DNA of 50,102 bases from an uncultured Gemmatimonadaceae bacterium (GTDB taxonomy: Bacteria > Gemmatimonadota > Gemmatimonadetes > Gemmatimonadales > Gemmatimonadaceae), in the NCBI GenBank assembly GCA_964430045.1, contig CAYSFN010000002.1, forward strand, positions 1 through 50,102, written 5' to 3'. A program made the translations under genes and the position numbers. This document shows, piece after piece, positions 32,702 to 40,901 of this stretch (position 1 is the first letter of the stretch; every line of letters begins with the position of its first letter). The notes under the pieces were generated by a model. That model worked only from the letters and a program-made list of their open reading frames with translations. It did no database searches and had not been told where the DNA came from.

Positions 32702-33315
32702 GAGTCTCCCTGACTTCGCTTGCGGGGGTAGCAGGTCCGACAGAATCGGCTGCCACGGCTGTCGTAGCCGGTGTTCGTCGGGGTGTAGGCGTGGCCATGG
32801 ACGCACGCCGTCTTGCGGAAGTTGCGAGCTTGGAGCGAGTTGGATCGGAGGACGTTGATGCGATCGGTGGTCTGGACGAGGTGATCGGGGTTCACGCATC
32901 GGCGGGTCTGACAGATGACGTGGTCGAGGGGCAGGGCTCGCGCCGCCAGCCGATGGTCGGCGGGGTATCGACGTCGCGTCCCTCGGTAGTGCTCCCAGGC
33001 CCAGACGTGGGCGCGCCAGAGCTTCGGGCCTACTCGAAAGGCTCCGTACCCGGTGTCGAAGCAGCCGGCAGTCCAGAGCCAGCACCCACCCGTCGACACC
33101 TCCACCTTCTCGGTGAAGCGTTCGATCGGCGGTCGGACCGGCCTCAGGCCCTGTCGGTTGACCTCGGCGTCGCCGTGCTTCCGCCAGCGCTGGTAGTGGC
33201 GGGCGCACATCTTTCGAGCGCGGACCGGATCGTCGCACCCGTCAATCGAGCAAGTCGAGGCTGCGGAAGGATCCTTCGAGCTGGTCGACGAGGCACTCGC
33301 GCGGTCGCTTGTCAT
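32698..33315 (-). CDS. HNH homing-type endonuclease
   Basis: CSIDGCDDPVRARKMCARHYQRWRKHGD, followed by GCWLWTAG...GYGAF...AHVWAW...DHVICQTRRCVNPDHL, typical of actinobacterial/phage HNH_3 proteins. ATG 33315 would overlap the ligase 3' end by 74 nt. Confidence 0.8.
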   Translation of the reverse strand: MTSDRASASSTSSKDPSAASTCSIDGCDDPVRARKMCARHYQRWRKHGDAEVNRQGLRPVRPPIERFTEKVEVSTGGCWLWTAGCFDTGYGAFRVGPKLWRAHVWAWEHYRGTRRRYPADHRLAARALPLDHVICQTRRCVNPDHLVQTTDRINVLRSNSLQARNFRKTACVHGHAYTPTNTGYDSRGSRFCRTCYPRKRSQGDS

Positions 33316-34090
33316 CGCGGATCCTAAGCATGCGGGGCTGGTACAGCCGGATGGTCTTCGCCGTCCGGGTAGCATATAGGAAACGCACCTCGAGCACGTC
33401 ACCGACCTTGACGTGGGGCTTGCCGCTCAGGGAGCAGCGCCCGACGATCAGGGGCTTGCGGCTGCGCGGCGTGGGGTAGACGCCGTACTCGCAGTTGTCG
33501 TGTCCGTCGAGGCCCTTGGCCAGGACCACGACGTCGACGGTCTTCGTGAACTTCACCTTGAGGATGGCGCGCTCGGCCTGCCGGTATCGGTCGTCGGCCC
33601 GGCGGATGATGACGCCCTCGCCGCCGCCGAGGCGGATGGCCTCGAACAGCGCCCGCTTGTCGGCCTCGGTGGAAGCCTCCCGGACCAGGCGGATGCCGCC
33701 GCTGCTGAACATCACGTCGGCGATCATCTCGAGCTGCATGCGCCGGGTGGCGTACTCGTCGGTCTCGTCGAGGACGATCCGGCCGTCGGGCTGGACCACC
33801 CGGACCAGGTCGAAGACGTGGTAGGTGAAGTCGAGGAGCTCGCCGTCGAGCACGAAGGTGCCTTGGGCGGCCAGGCCGCGCAGGTCCTGCTTGATCCGCT
33901 CGCCGATCGGCTTCGTGTAGGTCTGGCCGTTGCGCCCCCAGAACCGCAGGACGGTCTTGCCGTCGACCTGCAGCGCCTCGGCCACGACCCGGTCGCCGTC
34001 GATCTTCTGCTGCCAGCGGGTGTCGGGGTTGATGGCGTGGACGCCGATCTGGCGAACGTCGAGCTCGGCGGCGAGCATCGGCTCGATCAT
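33242..34090 (-). CDS. lig: minimal ATP-dependent DNA ligase
   Basis: Nucleotidyltransferase motifs I KIDGDR, III FVLDGELL, IIIa YHVFDL, IV GEGVIIRR and V ILKVKF, plus OB-domain motif VI RMLRIRDDK. 282 aa. Confidence 0.85.
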   Translation of the reverse strand: MIEPMLAAELDVRQIGVHAINPDTRWQQKIDGDRVVAEALQVDGKTVLRFWGRNGQTYTKPIGERIKQDLRGLAAQGTFVLDGELLDFTYHVFDLVRVVQPDGRIVLDETDEYATRRMQLEMIADVMFSSGGIRLVREASTEADKRALFEAIRLGGGEGVIIRRADDRYRQAERAILKVKFTKTVDVVVLAKGLDGHDNCEYGVYPTPRSRKPLIVGRCSLSGKPHVKVGDVLEVRFLYATRTAKTIRLYQPRMLRIRDDKRPRECLVDQLEGSFRSLDLLD

Positions 34091-34650
34091 CAGAACACCA
34101 TCCCGGGGAGGCGCTCGAAGTACCAGAGCCAGGAGTCGGCGTCGACGTACCACTGGATCATCTCGGCCACGATCAGCGGCACCTCGAGGCGCTTCACCAG
34201 CGGGTCCATGTCCGGGATGTCGGGGAGCTCCTCGAGCTTGACGCCGAGCATCTCGTCCAGGGCGAGGACCAGGCGCATCGCCACTCGGTCGGCGTAGTGC
34301 TCGCGGTCGATGTCGCAGACGGCGATGCCGACCGCGACCGGCACGATCGGGTCTTCCTTCCAGCGGTCACCGATCAGGCGGCCGCCGGGGTGCTCGATGA
34401 TGAAGCGGTTGATCAGCAGGGTGTGGATGTTGGCGACCGGGAGTCGGACCACCCGATTGATGTTCCACATCGCCGGGGTCCAGGTCTTCTCCTGGGCGTC
34501 CACGATGCGGGGGCCGTGGTAGGCGCTGGTCGGCAGCTCGACCACCCGACCGACGATGTCGCCGGACTTGGGTTGGCGGTCGGGCTGCATCGTGATGCGA
34601 ACGGTGTCGCCGAGACCGGCGATCGCCTTGAACTCGAGAGGCGTCATCAT
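34090..34650 (-). CDS. hypothetical protein (Ku-ligase operon)
   Basis: TGATG junctions on both sides. 186 aa. Confidence 0.6.
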   Translation of the reverse strand: MMTPLEFKAIAGLGDTVRITMQPDRQPKSGDIVGRVVELPTSAYHGPRIVDAQEKTWTPAMWNINRVVRLPVANIHTLLINRFIIEHPGGRLIGDRWKEDPIVPVAVGIAVCDIDREHYADRVAMRLVLALDEMLGVKLEELPDIPDMDPLVKRLEVPLIVAEMIQWYVDADSWLWYFERLPGMVF

Positions 34651-34967
34651 CAGAGGATTCCCTCGTCTCCAGGTCGGGTGAGCTTCTCGGCCAGATCGGC
34701 CAGGCCTTCCTTGGCCTCGTCGGCCTTGGCGGCCAGCTCGGCGCGCTCGGCCTCGGCGAGGACCTTCTCGAAGTCCTCGTCGTTCTCGCCGGTGCGCTCG
34801 GGCGGGATGGAATCGTCGATGCGGAACATGCCCCGCAGGCGGGTGACTCCGCCCTCTTCGGTGGCCGGGATGATGGCCAGGTCGGTGACCTTCATCCCCT
34901 GCCCCCGGGCCACCCGCTCGACCGCTTGGCGGATGCGAGCGAGGGCCCGGGTCTCGTCAGTCGCCAT
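34650..34967 (-). CDS. hypothetical protein (Ku-ligase operon)
   Basis: Internal ATG 34967. 105 aa. Acidic helical C-terminus. Confidence 0.5.
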   Translation of the reverse strand: MATDETRALARIRQAVERVARGQGMKVTDLAIIPATEEGGVTRLRGMFRIDDSIPPERTGENDEDFEKVLAEAERAELAAKADEAKEGLADLAEKLTRPGDEGIL

Positions 34968-35235
34968 CGGGCAGCCGATCCTCGAGCTCGTAGGGCACCC
35001 ACTGGTGCATCGGGAGGACCTCCCGGCGAGCCAGCGTGTCGGTGCGCACACCCTCGAGGCGCGCTGCCAGTTGGAAGCACGCCGTGATCTCGATCGGCGT
35101 GGCCGAGCGTGCACTCAGGCCGGCGAGAGCCTCCAGCAACAGCGCTCGCTCGCGAGGCCGAAGCTGGAGGCTGACGTCGGGGATGCCTTGGGGGACGGGA
35201 TTCCGCATCCACCCCTGGAAGATGCCGCCTGCCAT
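34957..35235 (-). CDS. hypothetical protein (Ku-ligase operon)
   Basis: Internal ATG 35235 in a TGATG junction with the Ku stop. 92 aa. Confidence 0.5.
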   Translation of the reverse strand: MAGGIFQGWMRNPVPQGIPDVSLQLRPRERALLLEALAGLSARSATPIEITACFQLAARLEGVRTDTLARREVLPMHQWVPYELEDRLPDGD

Positions 35236-36098
35236 CAGGCGGCCTTGACGGCGGCCTTCTTGGCGGCACGCTTGCGGGGCTTCTTCGCCGGCTTGGTCGT
35301 GGCCAGCATGGCGGCGAGCGCCGCCGTCGGGTCGTCGGCCCGGACCTTCGAGACGGGCTCGGGCTTCGGCGCGTTCGGGTCGCTGACCGCCCGCTTCAGA
35401 TCCTCGACGGCCTCGACCTCGCGGTTGGCCCACTCGTCGGGGACGAAGGGCTGGGGGTCGGCGCCGGCGAACTGCTGGAGCTGGGCGAGCAGGCCGGCGT
35501 CGTACTCGGCGTGCTGGACCTGCACGTCGTGGAAGCTGCCGGGCCGGATGAGCTCGACCAGGGTGAGCATGCCCTCGCGGTTCATGATGCGGTACATCTT
35601 CTGCTTCGAGCGCATCGTGAGCTCGCAGACGAACGCGAGGTTCGAGTCGAGCACGAGGTCGCAGAACATCGAGTACAGGCCGGGGTTGGTCTGCGGCTGG
35701 ATGCGGTAGACCGAGCCGGCGGCGAAGGTGTTCGCCTCGACCTCCTCGGCCTTGAAGACCTGGACGTTGGCGATGCCCTTCGGCACCTCCGTCTCGCCGA
35801 GGACCTCGATCTGCTCGGTCGTGACCTTGAGCAGGGTGCCGTCGACCTTCACGGCGCGGTGGGCGTCGGAGCTCGAGAACGGGCCGTGCTCGGGGTTGTG
35901 CGTGCAGGCGTACTGCTGCTTGAGCGGCTGCGCGTCCTCGCAGGTCGGGCAGACGATCTTCAGCTCCTTCGGGTCCGAGATCACGGCCGGCAGGATGTTG
36001 ACCGGGATGGTGCTCACGCCGAAGAAGGTGAGCATGACGTTCGAGGAGACCGAGCGCGGGTTCTTGTGCTCGTCGGTGGTATCGGTGGTGGTGGACAT
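35235..36098 (-). CDS. ku: Ku-like DNA end-binding protein
   Basis: ATG 36098 after GGAGGA. LTFFGVSTIPVNILPAV matches the bacterial Ku N-terminal ISFGLVxIPV strand. CPTC zinc-ribbon insertion at the position of the C-x2-C in M. tuberculosis Ku. YRIQPQ...LYSMFCDLV...MLTLVELIRP core. Lys-rich tail KPAKKPRKRAAKKAAVKAA. Confidence 0.75.
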   Translation of the reverse strand: MSTTTDTTDEHKNPRSVSSNVMLTFFGVSTIPVNILPAVISDPKELKIVCPTCEDAQPLKQQYACTHNPEHGPFSSSDAHRAVKVDGTLLKVTTEQIEVLGETEVPKGIANVQVFKAEEVEANTFAAGSVYRIQPQTNPGLYSMFCDLVLDSNLAFVCELTMRSKQKMYRIMNREGMLTLVELIRPGSFHDVQVQHAEYDAGLLAQLQQFAGADPQPFVPDEWANREVEAVEDLKRAVSDPNAPKPEPVSKVRADDPTAALAAMLATTKPAKKPRKRAAKKAAVKAA

Positions 36099-36113
36099 GG
36101 CGTCCTCCGTTTC

Positions 36114-36128
36114 TGTTCCAGTTTCCAG
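36114..36128 (-). promoter_or_regulatory. exact ACTGGAACA copy plus an adjacent CTGGAA half-site, in the Ku leader
   Basis: The coding strand reads CCTGGAAACTGGAACAgaaacGGAGGAcgccATG. The motif ends 16 nt from the start codon. Confidence 0.5.
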
Positions 36129-36138
36129 GGGTGGTGTG

Positions 36139-36167
36139 ACGGTACCGAAGAGGTGTGACACCGTCAA
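36139..36167 (-). promoter_or_regulatory. candidate promoter TTGACG-N17-TACCGT for the Ku-ligase operon
   Basis: Coding-strand hexamers at 36167-36162 and 36144-36139. Direct repeat GGTGTGAC x2 in and around the spacer. Confidence 0.35.
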
Positions 36168-36179
36168 TCGAACGGACGT

Positions 36180-36563
36180 TCAGGCCGGCAGACTGGCCCT
36201 CAGTTCGACCAGGTCGGCGATGCGTTCGTTCACGTCGTCCATGCTGCGCTTGATGGAGGTGATGAGGTTGTCGGCCATCCGGACGGCAGCGTCGATGCTC
36301 TCCCCGCCGATGAGGCCAGGCTGGACGAGGGCGCCGATGACGTAGCAGAGGTGCTGCTGGATCTCCTGCTGGGCGGCGAGGACGTCGGCGCTCGGGCGAT
36401 CGTCGACGGGCATGTCGTCGCGGTTGGACTGGTCGACCTTCTTCAGGAAGAGCAGGTCCCAGCCGTTCCCCATGACCGAGAGGGTGCCGTCACTATCGAA
36501 GACGTCGGCGGTGATGGCGGTGTAGTTCGTCGTGCGGAAAGGCTCGAGCGATGCGTCGGACAT
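36180..36563 (-). CDS. hypothetical protein
   Basis: ATG 36563 in a TGATG junction. 127 aa. Confidence 0.55.
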   Translation of the reverse strand: MSDASLEPFRTTNYTAITADVFDSDGTLSVMGNGWDLLFLKKVDQSNRDDMPVDDRPSADVLAAQQEIQQHLCYVIGALVQPGLIGGESIDAAVRMADNLITSIKRSMDDVNERIADLVELRASLPA

Positions 36564-36994
36564 CAGGCGAGGTCGCCCTCGCGTTCGCCCTGCTCGCCGC
36601 CCTCCTCGTCGTGACCGAAGCGCTCGGCGTCGACCTCGCTCGGGTCGTCCTGGCGTTCCTCGAGGTGGGCCGGGTAGGTGACCTCGAGGTCGCCGCCGGA
36701 CGGAGCGTCGGCGTCGTCGGTGAGGATCGTGCCCGCCTGGGTGACGTAGCCGGGGGCGTCGCGGAGCTGGTCGAGGATCGGGCTGGTCGGGTCGTTGCGC
36801 TCCCGGCGCATGATCTGGTGCCAGCCGGTCTCGTGGTACTTCGGGTCGAACTCCCCGGGCGTCTCGTCGAGCAGACGGAAGGCCTCGAACGACGCACCCT
36901 CGAAGGCCTCGAGGACGTCCTGGCGGGTGGGGTGGAGGGGGAAACCCCTCGCGATCTTGTGGGCTTCGGCGTACGGCTGGGACTGAGGACTCAT
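36563..36994 (-). CDS. hypothetical acidic protein
   Basis: Internal ATG 36994 in an ATGA overlap. 143 aa. Confidence 0.55.
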   Translation of the reverse strand: MSPQSQPYAEAHKIARGFPLHPTRQDVLEAFEGASFEAFRLLDETPGEFDPKYHETGWHQIMRRERNDPTSPILDQLRDAPGYVTQAGTILTDDADAPSGGDLEVTYPAHLEERQDDPSEVDAERFGHDEEGGEQGEREGDLA

Positions 36995-37653
36995 GTTGAT
37001 ACCTTCCCGTGGATGCGGGGTGGCGGGGTTGCCACCAGCTCGCGACCGTAGTGATCGCTGAGCTTCTCGTGGATCATGGCGTGGGCGTCGTCGGATGTGA
37101 CCTGGCGGAACCGACGCTCGAGTTCGCCGACGTCCTCGAACTCGACGCGCTGGCGACCGGGGCGGAAGTGCAGCAGCACCTCTCGGCCGGGGGCGTAGAC
37201 CGTGAGGTCGATCCAGATGGCCGAGCTCGCTCGGTCGTCGTGCCAGAGGTGAAGCGAGTAGTCGATGCGGCAGCGGTCGTAGGGGTCTTCGAGGTCCGCC
37301 GGCCAGGCGTTGAGGCACCACGCCAGCGGCGTGATGAAGCTCGAGGCCTGGCTTGTCGGGCCGACCGTGGCGAACCCGACTGCCGCGAACCAGACCCGCA
37401 GCCGGTTCAGGTGGATGAGGAAGCGCTCCTCGAACCGGGCCTGAACGGCTTGGTGCTTCTCCCTGATGTCGTCGTCCACAGCGGTCTCCTTGGTGCAGGT
37501 GGCGCACAGGGCGCCGAGCGGGGGTGTGACGGCCAGCCCGATGCGGCGGCCGCAACGGGCGCATGCGTGGCGGGGTCGTCGGTCGGGGACGTAGGGCCCT
37601 TCTCGGTCCGGGGGTTCATCCGGTGGGCCGATCAGGAACCAGGGATCAGGCAT
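36991..37653 (-). CDS. hypothetical protein with N-terminal zinc ribbon
   Basis: Internal ATG 37653. 220 aa. CARCGRR...CATC. Confidence 0.55.
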   Translation of the reverse strand: MPDPWFLIGPPDEPPDREGPYVPDRRPRHACARCGRRIGLAVTPPLGALCATCTKETAVDDDIREKHQAVQARFEERFLIHLNRLRVWFAAVGFATVGPTSQASSFITPLAWCLNAWPADLEDPYDRCRIDYSLHLWHDDRASSAIWIDLTVYAPGREVLLHFRPGRQRVEFEDVGELERRFRQVTSDDAHAMIHEKLSDHYGRELVATPPPRIHGKVST

Positions 37654-38260
37654 CGCCCTTGAGCACGGCGACGTCCTCGCCAGTGAGCTGCCGGTGGTTG
37701 CAGTCGCCGCAGTTGTCGGGTTGACCGCACACGACGCAGAGCTCCTCGTCAGCGATCTCGGGCCAGTCGCGATCGAAAGCGTCGGGGCGTGGGGGCATTG
37801 CCCTGGACTCGACGACAGCGATGACACCCTCGAGGGCGGCGGAGCACATGACCGAACCGCGCTCCTTGAGCAGGTTCACCATGTCCCGCTGGTTCTCGAG
37901 CCACTCAGCTCGCTCCACCGGATCGTGGAGGTTCATCCAGCCGAGGTCGACGTCGAAGAGCCCCGCCGGCTCACCCTCGCCGATGAACTGGTTGGGCTCG
38001 TCGGGGTCCCGGATCACGAGCACGATCGTGCGTTCGGCGGTCCACTCTTGGGGCAGTCGACCGGCGTTCGAGAGCTCGCGGTCGAGGTCGATGAAGCACT
38101 CGACGAGCTCACGCAGGTGCTCGTTCTCTCGTTCGGGGTTGGCCGGCAGCGGCGTGCCAGCCTGCGACATGGCATCGCGAGTCATGTCCATGCCGCGGAT
38201 CGTGCTGATGGCTGCCCGGCAGCCGGCGAGGAAGGTGTTGGCGTTCCTCTCGTCGGTCAC
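37646..38260 (-). CDS. hypothetical protein
   Basis: GTG start in a GTGA overlap. 204 aa. C-terminal CVVCGQPDNCGDC. Confidence 0.55.
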   Translation of the reverse strand: MTDERNANTFLAGCRAAISTIRGMDMTRDAMSQAGTPLPANPERENEHLRELVECFIDLDRELSNAGRLPQEWTAERTIVLVIRDPDEPNQFIGEGEPAGLFDVDLGWMNLHDPVERAEWLENQRDMVNLLKERGSVMCSAALEGVIAVVESRAMPPRPDAFDRDWPEIADEELCVVCGQPDNCGDCNHRQLTGEDVAVLKGDA

Positions 38261-38826
38261 GTGGCCTTCTTGACGGGGCGTCGGCTGGCGGTCGCCTTGC
38301 GGACTCGGGGCTTCGGCCCCGGCTTGGCCTGGAGGACGACGGCGGCCTCATCGCGCTTGGCCTGCGCCGCCTCGAGCGGGGCGAGCCGGGCCTCGAGGCT
38401 CTCGATGATGCCGTTCAGGTGGTCGATGTGCTTGTCGTGGCGCCTGCGGTCGATGACGTCGACGAACTCGGCCTGCGCTGCGAGGTTCACGTTGGGGATC
38501 GGTCGCCCGCCGCGGTCCGACAGGGCACGACCTTCCGCTTCGAGCTGACCGCCGACGTAGCGGAAGGCGCGACCGATGGCGAGCAGGCGGCCGATCTCTT
38601 CGTTGGGTTCGTCGTCGTGCTGACGCTTCGAGCTGCCCTCGACTTCGATGGTGCGGCCGAGGGCCGAGACCTCGATCCTGTAGGCGGCGACGTCGACACC
38701 GGCGTAGCTGTCGAGGACCTTGAGCGTGATGTCGGGGGCGGTGACGTTGGGCATGGTGTTCTCCGTTTGGCAGGTGTGGCAGACCATGGTGGCGTTGCCG
38801 ACGGTGGGGATCGTCCAGGTGGTCAT
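38257..38826 (-). CDS. hypothetical protein with basic C-terminal tail
   Basis: Internal ATG 38826 in an ATGA overlap. 189 aa. CHTC near the N-terminus. Tail KPGPKPRVRKATASRRPVKKAT. Confidence 0.55.
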   Translation of the reverse strand: MTTWTIPTVGNATMVCHTCQTENTMPNVTAPDITLKVLDSYAGVDVAAYRIEVSALGRTIEVEGSSKRQHDDEPNEEIGRLLAIGRAFRYVGGQLEAEGRALSDRGGRPIPNVNLAAQAEFVDVIDRRRHDKHIDHLNGIIESLEARLAPLEAAQAKRDEAAVVLQAKPGPKPRVRKATASRRPVKKAT

Positions 38827-39248
38827 GGGGCGAGCCTCTCGAGCTCGGATTCGGTGAGCCACACGCGGCCGTCGCCCGACCAGCGAACGATGCCGTGGTA
38901 GTCCTGCGTGAGCTCGGCGATCCAGGTCAAGGGCTCCGAGGCGATCTCCATGAGGTCGTCGTAGGCTTCGGCCCACTGGTCGGGCGTTTGGCCGGCGGCG
39001 GTGAGGACCTCGCCGTCAGAGAGCCCGACGTGTGTGATGTTGAGTCGAGGCACGGCCATGTCGTCGGAGGACTCGAAGGTGCCCTGGGTGACGAACCAGC
39101 GCGCCGGCGGGATCGCCTCGCGGACGAGGCCGTTCAGGTGGCTGATGGCCTCTTCGACCATCAGTTGGGCGGCCGCGTTGTAGGCGTTGATGGCGGTGTG
39201 GTACGTGGATTCGGAAGCGCCGTCGGGAAAGGGGGTGGGGGTGATCAA
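38823..39248 (-). CDS. hypothetical protein
   Basis: 4-nt overlap with the upstream gene. 141 aa. Confidence 0.55.
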   Translation of the reverse strand: MITPTPFPDGASESTYHTAINAYNAAAQLMVEEAISHLNGLVREAIPPARWFVTQGTFESSDDMAVPRLNITHVGLSDGEVLTAAGQTPDQWAEAYDDLMEIASEPLTWIAELTQDYHGIVRWSGDGRVWLTESELERLAP

Positions 39249-39700
39249 TCGTTGCTCCAGTCGTAGATGCGCATGTTCTCGATCGGCTCGGCGTCGGCGT
39301 CGAAGAGGACCCAGTCGCAGTCCCGCTCGCGGGCGTAGAACATGATGCCGGCGAGCTCTCTCGGGATGTCGCTCTCGAGACGGAGCGTGATCAGGTCGTC
39401 GTTGTCGGGCACCCAGAGCCAGTAGCCGTGGGGGCGTTCGTCGACGTACAGCTCTTCGATCTCGAGGATGCCGCCGGTGCCTAGGTGCTTGGGGAGGTGG
39501 GCGATCGAGACATCGAGGAAGCGCCGCACAGGCAGGCCCGTGGCCCGGAAGGCCAGGCGACGGGCCACCTCGATCGGCAGTGTCACCGTCCTGTCGGCCT
39601 GTGAGGTCGACAGGCGCCAGGGCGAGACCTTCAAGAGGTCAGCGATCCAGACGGCCAGGTCATCGATCCCCTCGGGGACGGTGGGAGGCATCTCGCTCAT
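39245..39700 (-). CDS. hypothetical protein
   Basis: Internal ATG 39700 in an ATGA overlap. 151 aa. Confidence 0.55.
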   Translation of the reverse strand: MSEMPPTVPEGIDDLAVWIADLLKVSPWRLSTSQADRTVTLPIEVARRLAFRATGLPVRRFLDVSIAHLPKHLGTGGILEIEELYVDERPHGYWLWVPDNDDLITLRLESDIPRELAGIMFYARERDCDWVLFDADAEPIENMRIYDWSND

Positions 39701-40173
39701 GACGACGTCAACCTGCGGTACTGGGCTCGGATGCGGCGACGCTGGATGCGCCCTCGCCATCCGTCGAGCAGCGCCACCTCGAGGCTCGGCCAGGTGCCGA
39801 CCTCGCTGGCGCCGATGCAGTAGGTGTCGTGGTCGTCGACGGCGCCGGGCCGGACGAGGAAGACCCGGTAGTAGCGGAGGCTGTCGTCGTCGTAGCGCCG
39901 GCGCACCCGGAGACCCAGCGCGCTGGCGATCAGGAAGGCGGCCGCCTCGTCGCCCATGCCGTCGTCGATGCGCCGGCAGCTTCCGCAGCACTCGACGAAC
40001 AGGTGGGCGTCGTCCCCCTCCGGGTAGATCGGGGCGATCGTTCCAGGCAGACCGCCGCAGCAGGTGTCGCAGTACTCGTCGTGGTCCGAGTCGTCGTTGG
40101 CGGGGTCGGCCAGCATGCGGACCAGGGCCTCGAGCTCGTCGTGGGTGAGCGGGTTCTTCGAGAAGGTGATCAC
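39697..40173 (-). CDS. hypothetical Cys-rich protein
   Basis: GTG 40173 in a GTGA overlap. 158 aa. CDTCCGG...ECCGSC. Confidence 0.5.
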   Translation of the reverse strand: MITFSKNPLTHDELEALVRMLADPANDDSDHDEYCDTCCGGLPGTIAPIYPEGDDAHLFVECCGSCRRIDDGMGDEAAAFLIASALGLRVRRRYDDDSLRYYRVFLVRPGAVDDHDTYCIGASEVGTWPSLEVALLDGWRGRIQRRRIRAQYRRLTSS

Positions 40174-40376
40174 GTGGTCACCTCGGTGTAGACCTCGCCG
40201 GGGATGTTCTTGGAGGTGTCGTCGCGGTAGACCTTGACGACGCCCTTGCCCTCGATGTGCACGGCAACGACTCCGGTGTCGGGGTCCTGGTAGACAACGA
40301 CGGCGATCTCGTCGTCTTCGGGGTGGTCGCGTCGAGGCACGACGGTGACGTTGCCTCGGTAGGTGCTCGTGGTCAT
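40170..40376 (-). CDS. hypothetical protein
   Basis: 68 aa. 4-nt overlaps on both sides. Confidence 0.5.
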   Translation of the reverse strand: MTTSTYRGNVTVVPRRDHPEDDEIAVVVYQDPDTGVVAVHIEGKGVVKVYRDDTSKNIPGEVYTEVTT

Positions 40377-40591
40377 GCGGCACTGGCCCCAATCTCACCT
40401 GCGGGCAGGCGCTCCGTCTCGACCAGTCGCCACTCCCACCGAGAGAAGCGACCGCTCACGTAGTGTCGTCGGTAGATGCCGCGCTCGCTCGTGCCGGGCC
40501 GCTCGAACAGCTCCCAGGCGGCGGAGGCAACCTCGAAGAACTCGGCCTTCGGCTCACCCTTCGAGGTCGTGATGACCATCCACTTCTTCAT
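40373..40591 (-). CDS. hypothetical protein
   Basis: Internal ATG 40591 after GGGAGGA. 72 aa. Confidence 0.5.
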   Translation of the reverse strand: MKKWMVITTSKGEPKAEFFEVASAAWELFERPGTSERGIYRRHYVSGRFSRWEWRLVETERLPAGEIGASAA

Positions 40592-40901
40592 CGGCGTCCT
40601 CCCTGCTATCGAACGGGTGGGGGTGTTCGTGGTCGGCGGGGCAACCGCAGTACTCGGGGTCGCACTCGTAGTAACCGCCGCCGGGCTCATCCTCGTCTTC
40701 ACACCAAGCGCAACGGCAGTAGCTCTTGCCGTGGTTGACACCTTCCCTGGCGATCCGCTCGCACCGGCCGAGGGCGGTCCACCATCCTTCGCCCGACAGG
40801 CGGGCGGCCATGGCGGCCTCCTCGACCTCCTCGAGCCTGGCCGTGAGGAATCCGATGGTGTCCTCGGCCTCGTGCAGATCGTCCACGGTGTCGCGGCTCA
40901 T
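40554..40901 (-). CDS. hypothetical Cys/His-rich acidic protein
   Basis: 115 aa. CRCAWCEDEDEPGGGYYECDPEYCGCPADHEHPH. 38-nt overlap with the downstream gene. Confidence 0.5.
   Translation of the reverse strand: MSRDTVDDLHEAEDTIGFLTARLEEVEEAAMAARLSGEGWWTALGRCERIAREGVNHGKSYCRCAWCEDEDEPGGGYYECDPEYCGCPADHEHPHPFDSREDADEEVDGHHDLEG

Noticed and set aside
31787-33238. Long Arg/Pro-rich N-terminal extensions of ORFs 31500..32798 and 31787..33238 (and similar extensions on most track ORFs)
   Set aside because: The extensions overlap better-supported genes in other frames. Internal starts that coincide with the upstream stop codons give compact, plausible proteins.
38257-38826. Possible Lsr2-like or Rv2632c/DUF1876-like relationship of the 189-aa protein
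   Set aside because: This rests only on a vague remembered resemblance (EIGRLLAIGRAFRYVGGQL and a basic tail). That is not strong enough to call without a profile search.
40161-40180. Near-palindrome GGTGATCACGTGGTCACC at a gene junction
   Set aside because: It has one mismatched pair and is fully explained by two consecutive GTGA/TCAC start-stop overlaps. There are no other copies.
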